DNA of 13,001 nt, taken from positions 1 through 13,001 of the forward strand of contig JBDLKA010000092.1 in the NCBI GenBank assembly GCA_039714075.1, given 5' to 3'. The notes beneath the pieces were generated by a model. The model ran no database searches, was not told the origin of the DNA, and saw nothing but the letters and a program-made list of their open reading frames with translations. A program made the position numbers and the translations under genes. This DNA comes from Candidatus Krumholzibacteriota bacterium (GTDB lineage: Bacteria > Krumholzibacteriota > Krumholzibacteriia > LZORAL124-64-63). Of this stretch, positions 1-6,563 are shown one piece after another. The first letter of the stretch is position 1. Each line of letters begins with the position of its first letter.

Positions 1-372
1 GATATCCTCGAAACGGGTCAGCCAGATGTGATCGGGCATGGCCCGGTTCATCTCGTCCATCAGGTGCACCCGGAAGTAGCGGTCCCTGTCGAGCCTGGTG
101 ATGACGTCAAGACGGTCATTCAGGTCCTTGCGCTGCTGGTTCAGCCTCTTGATCTTGGCGATCTCGGGAGCCAGCCGGCGGGTTTCCGCCTCTTCCTCGA
201 CGATGATCTCTTTCAGCGCCTTGATCTGGTTGGACTGGTGTATGTACACCGCGCCGATACCGACGGCCGCGACAAACACCAGGACCAGGGGCGCGAAATT
301 TCCGACGTTGGGCAGGTTGATCCTGCTGGCGGCCGGCATTTCATCGCGGGGCAGAAGATTGATGCGAATCAT
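1..372 (-). CDS. pilN: Type IV pilus alignment protein PilN, 5' part (runs off the window's left edge)
   Basis: Manual translation from ATG at 372 (ATGA overlap with the pilM stop): MIRINLLPRDEMPAASRINLPNVGNFAPLVLVFVAAVGIGAVYIHQSNQIKALKE...MPDHIWLTRFEDI. It shows the INLLP PilM-binding motif, one TM helix, a coiled coil and a P-x-x-I-W-L motif. Open to base 1. Confidence 0.95.
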   Translation of the reverse strand, partial: MIRINLLPRDEMPAASRINLPNVGNFAPLVLVFVAAVGIGAVYIHQSNQIKALKEIIVEEEAETRRLAPEIAKIKRLNQQRKDLNDRLDVITRLDRDRYFRVHLMDEMNRAMPDHIWLTRFEDI

Positions 373-1556
373 GCTCCCACCGCCTCTCTGAGAGCCAGCC
401 CGACGCTCACCGTGAGCAGGGGACTCAGCTCCTCGGCCTCTCCCTCAGCGAAGAGGTCAGGGTTGTAATCCAGCCCGGCCAGAGGATCGGCCATCTCGCT
501 GGGAACGTTGTAGCTTTCGGCCAGGTATTCCCGCAGGCCCGGCAAGTGGGCCCCGCCGCCGCTCAGGACGATCCGGTCGATGCCGTCGGCTTCGCCGGAT
601 GTCTTGAGGTAGGACAGGCTGGGTTCGAGACCCTGGTAGATTTCGGAACCGACGGAACGAACGATGTCGGTGACCAGCTGGTCGTCCACCTCTTCGGTGT
701 GACCGCGGGCCACGTCGTGCGCCGTCTCGTAGGTCAGGCCCAACTGCTTCTGGAACTCTTCGATGAAGTGCGCCACGCCGATGGGCAGATCGCGGGTGAA
801 GTACGGCACGCCGTCCTTGACGATGTGCACGTTGGTCACCCCGCCGCCGACATCGAGCAGGGCCACGAATTCATCGCCCCGTGTTTCGGCGGCAGCCGCG
901 GCGGTGTCCTGGTCTCCTTCGTCGAAGGGGTCCAGTTCGTCCACGGAATCCATCGCGTCGTTGGACTCGGGTTCGGCGATCAGTTCGGGCAGGTTCTCGA
1001 AACCGCCCTGTCCCTTCATGTACTCCCAGGTGTTCTGGTTGGCGAAGGAAGCGACGTCGATCACCAGGGGCCGGAAGCCGGCGTCCCTGATCAACTCGGC
1101 ATGACCGAGGATCATGTCCTTCTTCGCGGCCACCAGCAGGAGTTCCATCTGGTCGGCCCCGATGTCCTCCTGGAGAATCTGGAAGTCCAGGGTGATGTCG
1201 TCGATGTCGAAGGGGACGTGCTGTTCGGCCTCCCAGTAGATGGCCTCCCTGGCGTCCTCCTCGGACATCTTGTCCATGACGATTTTCTTGACGATAACCG
1301 CCCGGCCCGCCACGGCGCTGGCCACGGGTTCATCAGGGATGCCCGCCTTTTCAGCCGCGCTGCGGATGGCCTCGATCACAAGTTCACGGTCCATGATCTC
1401 GCCGTCGACAATCGCCTCGGGCGGTAGATCAGCCATCGCGAAATGGGTGATCACCGGTCGATCGTTGGAAAGATCGAGCCGGAGGCACTTGACGACATTG
1501 GAACCGATGTCCATGCCGATAAGTGATTTTTGTTTCCCTTTAAGGAATCCGAACAT
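369..1556 (-). CDS. pilM: Type IV pilus assembly protein PilM (actin-like ATP-binding fold), about 395 aa
   Basis: IGMDIGS and LLDVGGG phosphate loops, EAEQHVPF, LLVAAKK, LSGGGA, VSVGLALR. Start moved to ATG 1556 (MFGFLKG, GAGG upstream) because the longer ORF runs across the promoter. Confidence 0.96.
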   Translation of the reverse strand: MFGFLKGKQKSLIGMDIGSNVVKCLRLDLSNDRPVITHFAMADLPPEAIVDGEIMDRELVIEAIRSAAEKAGIPDEPVASAVAGRAVIVKKIVMDKMSEEDAREAIYWEAEQHVPFDIDDITLDFQILQEDIGADQMELLLVAAKKDMILGHAELIRDAGFRPLVIDVASFANQNTWEYMKGQGGFENLPELIAEPESNDAMDSVDELDPFDEGDQDTAAAAAETRGDEFVALLDVGGGVTNVHIVKDGVPYFTRDLPIGVAHFIEEFQKQLGLTYETAHDVARGHTEEVDDQLVTDIVRSVGSEIYQGLEPSLSYLKTSGEADGIDRIVLSGGGAHLPGLREYLAESYNVPSEMADPLAGLDYNPDLFAEGEAEELSPLLTVSVGLALREAVGA

Positions 1557-1629
1557 GTCAAGCCTGCCTCGCTGTTCGTGCGTTTCTAGTGGGGAGACCC
1601 ACTCCCAATCGGGTATCCCTCGGGCCAAC

Positions 1630-1645
1630 CGCAACATGCGTGCCA
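1630..1645 (-). promoter_or_regulatory. Sigma-54 (-24/-12) promoter for pilMN...
   Basis: Minus strand TGGCACGCATGTTGCG matches TGGCACG-N4-TTGC, about 75 nt upstream of the pilM ATG. Confidence 0.82.
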
Positions 1646-1651
1646 CAATGT

Positions 1652-1678
1652 TCATCGGCCGCGCCGGGGACGCCTTGA
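1652..1678 (-). promoter_or_regulatory. Putative sigma-28-family promoter for pilM
   Basis: Minus strand TCAA-N15-GCCGATGA (TCAAGGCGTCCCCGGCGCGGCCGATGA) versus consensus TAAA-N15-GCCGATAA. Confidence 0.6.
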
Positions 1679-1786
1679 GCCCAAATCGCGGGAAATATTC
1701 GGGTATTCAGGCAAGGGGAAAATCAGGTGAAAATGCGGGTCGGGCCGGAACCGGCGGCCAGGGGGTGGAAGATTTGCCGCCGGGGA

Positions 1787-2563
1787 TCAGAATCGTGACA
1801 GGTACCAGGTGAAGATGTGGTCGCCAAACATGAGAACGACCACCGCCGCGGCGGCCAGGAAGGTCCCGAAAGGCAGCTTGGAACCACCCTCGAGGCTCCC
1901 CCGGCCCGCTGTAACTGCGTACAGGGTACCGAACAGGGCGCCGCCGAACAGAACCGCGGGCACGCCCCAGGGCCCCAGGAAAACGCCCACCATGGCCATC
2001 AGCATGACGTCTCCCCCGCCCATGCCTATCACGCCCCGGACCAGTTTGTAGCCGTACGAGACGGCCAGGACGGCTCCGGCGCCGATGGCTGCTCCCAGCA
2101 GGGCTGAAGGTAGCGCGGGATTCCCGAAAAGGGACAAAACCAACCCGATGACCATGCCCCCGACGGTCAGGGTGTGGGGAATAATCATGTGCCGCCAGTC
2201 GATCATTGCAATATCCAGCAGGATTATCAGGAAAAATGATGCAGAAAGCCCTTCCAGGGTCCACCCGAACCTCCAGATCGAGGCCAGGACGCAGGCGGCG
2301 CCGGCCAGTTCGACCAGGAGATAACGGACCGGGATGGGCGCCGAGCAGCCGCGGCAGCGTCCGCGCAGGAAAAGCCAGCTGAAAACCGGGATATTGTCGT
2401 ACCAGGCCACCGTCTTTTCACAGGAGGGACAAAAGGACCGCCCCGCCACCACGTTGAGATTGCGCGGCAGCCGGTAGATCAGGACGTTGGAAAAACTGCC
2501 GAAGCAGGCGCCCAGCCAGGCGGCCAGGAACACGGGCAGGATACCGAGGGTGGCGATCATCAT
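1787..2563 (-). CDS. pilD: Prepilin peptidase/N-methyltransferase (A24A), about 258 aa
   Basis: GSFSNVLIYRLP, Zn-binding CPSC and CRGC pairs, catalytic Asp motifs AMID and GMGGGD, LPFGTFL, multiple TM helices. Start set to ATG 2563, one base after the upstream stop, with GGAG RBS. Confidence 0.96.
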   Translation of the reverse strand: MMIATLGILPVFLAAWLGACFGSFSNVLIYRLPRNLNVVAGRSFCPSCEKTVAWYDNIPVFSWLFLRGRCRGCSAPIPVRYLLVELAGAACVLASIWRFGWTLEGLSASFFLIILLDIAMIDWRHMIIPHTLTVGGMVIGLVLSLFGNPALPSALLGAAIGAGAVLAVSYGYKLVRGVIGMGGGDVMLMAMVGVFLGPWGVPAVLFGGALFGTLYAVTAGRGSLEGGSKLPFGTFLAAAAVVVLMFGDHIFTWYLSRF

Positions 2564-2564
2564 C

Positions 2565-3278
2565 TCAAATCTCCGGGATGGGACCGATGAAATCCTTGCC
2601 GTAGATTTTCTGGATTTCAATTTTTCCGGTAATGATGTCGATCATCTTGAGAGCCAATTCCTTCATATGCGGGCTGTCAGTCGATTCGTAGAGATTTTTC
2701 CAAAGCGCCAGGGAAACGCGCTTGTCGCCGCCCTTGTAGCGGGCAAAAGCGGCAAAGCGGGATTCCTTGTCCGTGGCATCGGAACAGCGCCCGGCCATCT
2801 CGAACCAATGACCCGCCCGTTTGTAATCGTGTTCGATCACATAATAGATGAAACCGATTTGAAATGGCAGCTTGGCCTTGTCGGGGTTGGCCAGGATACC
2901 ACGCTTGAGCATCTCGATGGAACCATCTATGTCACCGAAACTGGACCAGCGGACCAGGGAGGCGAAGAAATAGGCCTCGACGAACTGCGGGTCGAGTTTG
3001 GTGATGCCGTCGATCAACAAATCGAAATAGCGCAAATCGTTTTGCCCCATGGAGTAGGCTCCATAGTACTGGATAAAGCGAAACCACAGGTAGTCGGCCG
3101 CGGCCTCACGGAACCCAAGAGTCGATTCCACCAGGAATTTCCCGGAGGGGAAGTAGAGCCTTTCCTGTTGGTCAGCCTGCTCCTGTTGGCCGTCGTACTC
3201 ACGTAGGGACAGGAAGATGACCAGGGTAAGGACCACAACGGCCAGTCCCCGGAACAGTGTTTTCGTTCGCGACTTCAT
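2565..3278 (-). CDS. Membrane-anchored helical-repeat (TPR-like) protein, myxobacterial PilG-like accessory of the pilus ABC module, 237 aa
   Basis: N-terminal basic plus hydrophobic anchor, ADYLWFRFIQYYG, LDPQFVEAY, and TPR-like helices (LKRGILANP...IGFIYY...DYKRAGHWF). ATGA-coupled to the permease. Confidence 0.7.
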   Translation of the reverse strand: MKSRTKTLFRGLAVVVLTLVIFLSLREYDGQQEQADQQERLYFPSGKFLVESTLGFREAAADYLWFRFIQYYGAYSMGQNDLRYFDLLIDGITKLDPQFVEAYFFASLVRWSSFGDIDGSIEMLKRGILANPDKAKLPFQIGFIYYVIEHDYKRAGHWFEMAGRCSDATDKESRFAAFARYKGGDKRVSLALWKNLYESTDSPHMKELALKMIDIITGKIEIQKIYGKDFIGPIPEI

Positions 3279-4051
3279 TCGCCCCGCAACTCCTTGCGCG
3301 AGAAAATGGAACCCGCCACAACAAGCAGCAGAATGGACCAGGCCAGGCTGTAGACGGTGGCCATCACCAGGTGTTCCCCCGACACGGCGGTACCGTGTAC
3401 CACCGCACCGCGCAAGTTGAACACCTCGAGGTTGGGGGTCAGGTAATATACCAGTTCGGACATCTGCCGCTGGAACACGCCGTCCTGCAGTTGGCCGAAA
3501 TCGCGGATGGACTGGCTCAGATGCCCAACGGTGAACACACCGAGCGTGAACACCGCGGCCAGAACCGGCGAAACACTTGTTGAGAAGAATACCACTACCG
3601 CGTTGATCAGGGTAAGCTCCAGAAATGTCAGATAGAATGCGCCCAGAAAGCGCAGGGAAAACGAACCCGGCGCAAGGAACAGCATCAACAGGAACAACAA
3701 TCCCATGACCGCCAGCATCGAGATCAGGGTCAGGTTCAGACCGAGGAACTTCCCGATCAGGTATTCACGGCGCCCGACTGGTTTGGACAGGATGGTCACG
3801 ATGGTCCCCTTGTCCAGCTCCTTGCGCACCATGCTGCTTCCGACAAAGACGACGACCAACAGGCCGAAGATGACCATCGAAGCCAGGCCGACATCCGCCA
3901 TGATCTTCCCCTGGGCCCCCACCGTCAGCGGCGACAGGATTGCCGTGCTGGCCAACATGATGAAACCGAAGAGGGCCACCAGGTAGAAGATCCTGTCCCG
4001 AACGGTCTCCAGAAAGGTGCTGCCCGCCAGGGTCATGATGTTGCTCGTCAT
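3275..4051 (-). CDS. ABC-2 type transporter permease (myxobacterial PilI-like), 258 aa
   Basis: About 6 TM segments, ELDKGTIVTILSKPVGRREYLIGKFLG permease loop, C-terminal FSRKEL. ATGA overlaps with both neighbours. Confidence 0.88.
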   Translation of the reverse strand: MTSNIMTLAGSTFLETVRDRIFYLVALFGFIMLASTAILSPLTVGAQGKIMADVGLASMVIFGLLVVVFVGSSMVRKELDKGTIVTILSKPVGRREYLIGKFLGLNLTLISMLAVMGLLFLLMLFLAPGSFSLRFLGAFYLTFLELTLINAVVVFFSTSVSPVLAAVFTLGVFTVGHLSQSIRDFGQLQDGVFQRQMSELVYYLTPNLEVFNLRGAVVHGTAVSGEHLVMATVYSLAWSILLLVVAGSIFSRKELRGE

Positions 4052-5109
4052 CGGCCGACCTCCCGCTTGACGGGAATTTCCCGGTTGATTTCCATGAACA
4101 GTTCCTCCAGGCAGGATCGGTGAGTCTCCAGGGATTCAACGGGAATCGCTTCTCGATGGCAGTCATTCAGAAGTTTTCTCAAATCACCCACGCTGTCTAT
4201 CTGGACGCGGACCTTGCCCTCTCCCAGGCTCCGGCATCCGGCCGGCAACCAGGTGGGATCCGTGGCGCCAAGATGCAGATCACCGGTGTAGGAAAAACCC
4301 TGGGTCAGTTCGGTCAGATCACGGACCGCAACCAGGCAACCCTCCTTGAGGACACCCACGGTGTCGGCGATCATCTCCACGTCGGGCACGATATGACTGG
4401 ACAGGATAATGGTCTTGCCTGCGTTTTTCAGGTCCATCAGCAGTTGACGGATTTCCCGGCGGCCGATGGGGTCCAGACCCGACATGGGCTCGTCGAGGAT
4501 CAGAATATCGGGGTCGCCGAGGATGGCCTGGGCCAAGCCGATCCGCTGCAGCATCCCCTTGGAAAATTTCTTCAGGCGGCGTCCAGCGAATTCGGTCATA
4601 CCAACCATGTCGAGAACTTCGTCGATGCGCGCGACCCGGCGATCCTTCGGCAAATCCAGGAGGCGGGCATAGAACTTCAACAATTCCCGTCCGGTCAGGT
4701 GCTCGAAGAAATAGGGTCTCTCCGGCAGATAACCGACACGGCTACGCGAGCTGGGATCCCGGTGGTCCATCCCCATTATGGATACCTCGCCCCCGTCGGC
4801 ATGGACCAGATCCAGGATGCAGTTGATGGTGGTTGTCTTTCCGGCCCCGTTGTGGCCGATCAGGGCAAAAACGCTGCTCTGGTTGACCGAAAACGAAACG
4901 CCCTCCACACCCCTGATGCGGCGCTTCAGGAATCCTGACCTGAACGACTTTTGGAGATCACGCACTTCCAGGACCACCGCCGGTGAACCGGCTTTTTCAG
5001 GGGACGAATCCGGTACCTGCGTCTGCACCCGGGAAGGTCGATCGACCAGGATGGTCCCCCGGGAATCACGATCCAGTGTCCTGTTTTTTACCGGCACTTG
5101 AATAATCAA
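4048..5109 (-). CDS. ABC transporter ATP-binding protein (myxobacterial PilH-like), about 353 aa
   Basis: Walker A GHNGAGKTT, signature FSKGM, Walker B ILILDEP, H-loop SSH. Start placed at TTG 5109 behind GGAGGT; the start is uncertain and downstream GTGs are possible. Confidence 0.9.
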   Translation of the reverse strand: MIIQVPVKNRTLDRDSRGTILVDRPSRVQTQVPDSSPEKAGSPAVVLEVRDLQKSFRSGFLKRRIRGVEGVSFSVNQSSVFALIGHNGAGKTTTINCILDLVHADGGEVSIMGMDHRDPSSRSRVGYLPERPYFFEHLTGRELLKFYARLLDLPKDRRVARIDEVLDMVGMTEFAGRRLKKFSKGMLQRIGLAQAILGDPDILILDEPMSGLDPIGRREIRQLLMDLKNAGKTIILSSHIVPDVEMIADTVGVLKEGCLVAVRDLTELTQGFSYTGDLHLGATDPTWLPAGCRSLGEGKVRVQIDSVGDLRKLLNDCHREAIPVESLETHRSCLEELFMEINREIPVKREVGR

Positions 5110-5178
5110 CGTCCACCTCCGGCCTAAATGGCCTGCCAAGGGCTCCAATTGGGGTTTAACTATTGTTGCGGGGGGATT

Positions 5179-5194
5179 TGCAACTAAGATGCCA
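5179..5194 (-). promoter_or_regulatory. Sigma-54 promoter for the ABC-TPR-pilD operon
   Basis: Minus strand TGGCATCTTAGTTGCA with correct GG-N10-GC spacing. It lies downstream of the pilA2 terminator and about 70 nt before the ATPase start. Confidence 0.8.
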
Positions 5195-5243
5195 AGGAAG
5201 TTGTTTTGAGGAGACACGGTCGACTATCAGGCGAACGGACATG

Positions 5244-5275
5244 AAAGAAGGGCGGCGCCAATCGCAGCGTCGCCC
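5244..5275 (-). terminator. Probable intrinsic terminator after pilA2 (imperfect)
   Basis: GGGCGACGCTG-CGAT-TGGCGCCGCCC followed by TTCTTT. The stem has one mismatch and two G-U pairs. Confidence 0.6.
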
Positions 5276-5297
5276 ATTGTCTTTTCCCTGTTTTCTA

Positions 5298-5723
5298 CTA
5301 GATGCCATTATCCAGTACGACCACTTCATCAAGCTCCCCCCAGCCATTGATTGAATATCCGGAGGGTGTGCCCGTAGCGTCATCGACGGTGACGATTCCA
5401 ACCTGCCCTGGTGTTGCGGCAAGGCCGGCGAACTGGGGTTCGGTCCAGGCTCTGGTGAAGGCGTTCTGCAGGACTCTGCCATTGTTCACTTCATTGGGCA
5501 GCAACGGCTGGATATCAGCCACCTCGTCCGAGTAAACGCCACCGTTACGGACGGCGAAATCCTCGGCCGCCAGCTGCACCGTGTGGGCAGCGCCCTTGAC
5601 CTTGGCTTCTTTGGCCCGTACCTGAAGCTTGATAAAGTTTGGGATGGCGATTGTGGCCAGGAGGGCCAGAATGACGACCACTATCATCAACTCGATCAGT
5701 GTGAATCCTTGGCTGTTTCGCAT
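5298..5723 (-). CDS. pilA: Type IVa pilin, second paralog (PilA2), 141 aa precursor
   Basis: MRNSQG|FTLIELMIVVVILALLATIAIPNF class III signal with G-1/F+1/E+5 and P22. GGGAG RBS. Confidence 0.93.
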   Translation of the reverse strand: MRNSQGFTLIELMIVVVILALLATIAIPNFIKLQVRAKEAKVKGAAHTVQLAAEDFAVRNGGVYSDEVADIQPLLPNEVNNGRVLQNAFTRAWTEPQFAGLAATPGQVGIVTVDDATGTPSGYSINGWGELDEVVVLDNGI

Positions 5724-5772
5724 TATTAATCTCCCAATCTACTCACAGGTCCGGAGGACATCCTCCATACGT

Positions 5773-5799
5773 TTTTCGGCCAAAAACCTTCCCCCTTAA
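5773..5799 (-). promoter_or_regulatory. Putative sigma-28-family promoter for pilA2
   Basis: Minus strand TTAA-N15-GCCGAAAA (TTAAGGGGGAAGGTTTTTGGCCGAAAA), immediately after the pilA1 terminator. Confidence 0.6.
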
Positions 5800-5803
5800 T
5801 ACG

Positions 5804-5833
5804 AAAAGGGCGGCGCCGTTGCCGGCGCCGCCC
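5804..5833 (-). terminator. Intrinsic terminator after pilA1
   Basis: Perfect 11-bp stem GGGCGGCGCCG-GCAA-CGGCGCCGCCC (GNRA loop) followed by TTTT. Confidence 0.85.
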
Positions 5834-5855
5834 ATCCATCGAATCGGACTGATTC

Positions 5856-6290
5856 CTACTGGCCACTGCTCAGCGTGAGAATGACAGTGTCCTTACCGTA
5901 ACCGGTAATGCTGTAACCCACAAGAACACCGCCTGCAGTGGGATCCGGAATACCCGCGATGCCGACCTGACCCGGGCTGGCAGCAACGGCGCCACCGTAC
6001 TGGGGCTCGGTCCACAGAGCGGTGAAGGCGTTCTGCAGGTTCAGACCATTGACCGGGTCATTGGGCAGCAGGGGCTGGATGTCAGCACCAAGGTCGGAAT
6101 AGACGCCATCGTTTCGAACGGCGAAATCCTCGGCGGCCAGCTGCACGGTGTGCGCGGCGCCCTTGACCTTGGCTTCCTTGGCCCGGTCCTGCATGCTAAT
6201 GAAGTTGGGGATGGCGATGGCGGCCAGAATACCAATAATAACGACCACGATCATCAGCTCAATCAGAGTAAATCCCTTACGATTCAACAC
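5856..6290 (-). CDS. pilA: Type IVa major pilin (PilA1), 144 aa precursor
   Basis: GTG start at 6290 after AAGGAG. MLNRKG|FTLIELMIVVVIIGILAAIAIPNF. Directly downstream of pilR with a sigma-54 promoter. Confidence 0.95.
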   Translation of the reverse strand: MLNRKGFTLIELMIVVVIIGILAAIAIPNFISMQDRAKEAKVKGAAHTVQLAAEDFAVRNDGVYSDLGADIQPLLPNDPVNGLNLQNAFTALWTEPQYGGAVAASPGQVGIAGIPDPTAGGVLVGYSITGYGKDTVILTLSSGQ

Positions 6291-6395
6291 ATCGGTCTCC
6301 TTCGATTCGGCCCACGTACCTCTATGTATCGTAGACCTCTTGGTGCTAGCTGCCGGGTTGTCCGGCTCTCTACCTGCCAACGGCAGTCCTTACGA

Positions 6396-6411
6396 AGCAA
6401 TGGCCGTGCCA
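6396..6411 (-). promoter_or_regulatory. Sigma-54 promoter of pilA1
   Basis: Minus strand TGGCACGGCCATTGCT, a full TGGCACG-N4-TTGCW match. This is the expected target of PilR. Confidence 0.92.
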
Positions 6412-6493
6412 TTTGCCTCTTTGTCCGTCCACATTTGCAAATACATGCATTTGTGGAACTTACATGCCAACAATTTGAACTTGCGGCATTCCG

Positions 6494-6515
6494 GTTGCAG
6501 GAATTTCCATGCAAC
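6494..6515. promoter_or_regulatory. Candidate upstream activator sequence (enhancer) for the pilA1 promoter
   Basis: Inverted repeat GTTGCA-GGAATTTCCA-TGCAAC, about 85-105 bp upstream of the -24 element. Confidence 0.5.
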
Positions 6516-6563
6516 TTGCCCATTTCCACGCCTTGCGGCGTGCGAATCAAAAGCCGGGCCATC

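Noticed and set aside
1557..1655. N-terminal extensions in the ORF track (pilM from 1655, pilD 2620, ATPase 5217, pilA1 6380, pilR 8195, pilC 11350)
   Set aside because: They overlap promoters, leaders, terminators or neighbouring genes. Better starts with RBS lie downstream, at the point where family homology begins or shortly before.
1751..1783. Hairpin CCGGCGGC-N17-GCCGCCGG after pilD as a terminator
   Set aside because: Large loop and no proper U-tract; such GC stems arise easily by chance at this composition.
5115..5130. CCTCCGGCCTAAA on the plus strand resembles part of a c-di-GMP-I riboswitch
   Set aside because: The other conserved elements (GGCAAACC, GAAA tetraloop, GACGCAAA) are missing, it is on the wrong strand, and it is simply the complement of the ATPase RBS (GGAGGT).
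5165..5184. GTTGC-N10-GCAAC inverted repeat as a second copy of the pilA1 enhancer
   Set aside because: The spacing differs (10 versus 12) and one arm is the sigma-54 -12 element itself, so it is not independent evidence.
5298..5723. pilA2 as a Neisseria-like silent cassette or pseudogene
   Set aside because: It has an intact signal peptide, RBS, open frame, candidate promoter and synonymous-biased divergence.
5298..6290. Electrically conductive (Geobacter-type) e-pilin
   Set aside because: PilA1 has 9 F/W/Y in 138 mature residues (about 6.5%), lacks Y27 and Y32, and has a long aromatic gap after F24. It is also not a split pilA-N/pilA-C pair, since both genes are complete pilins.
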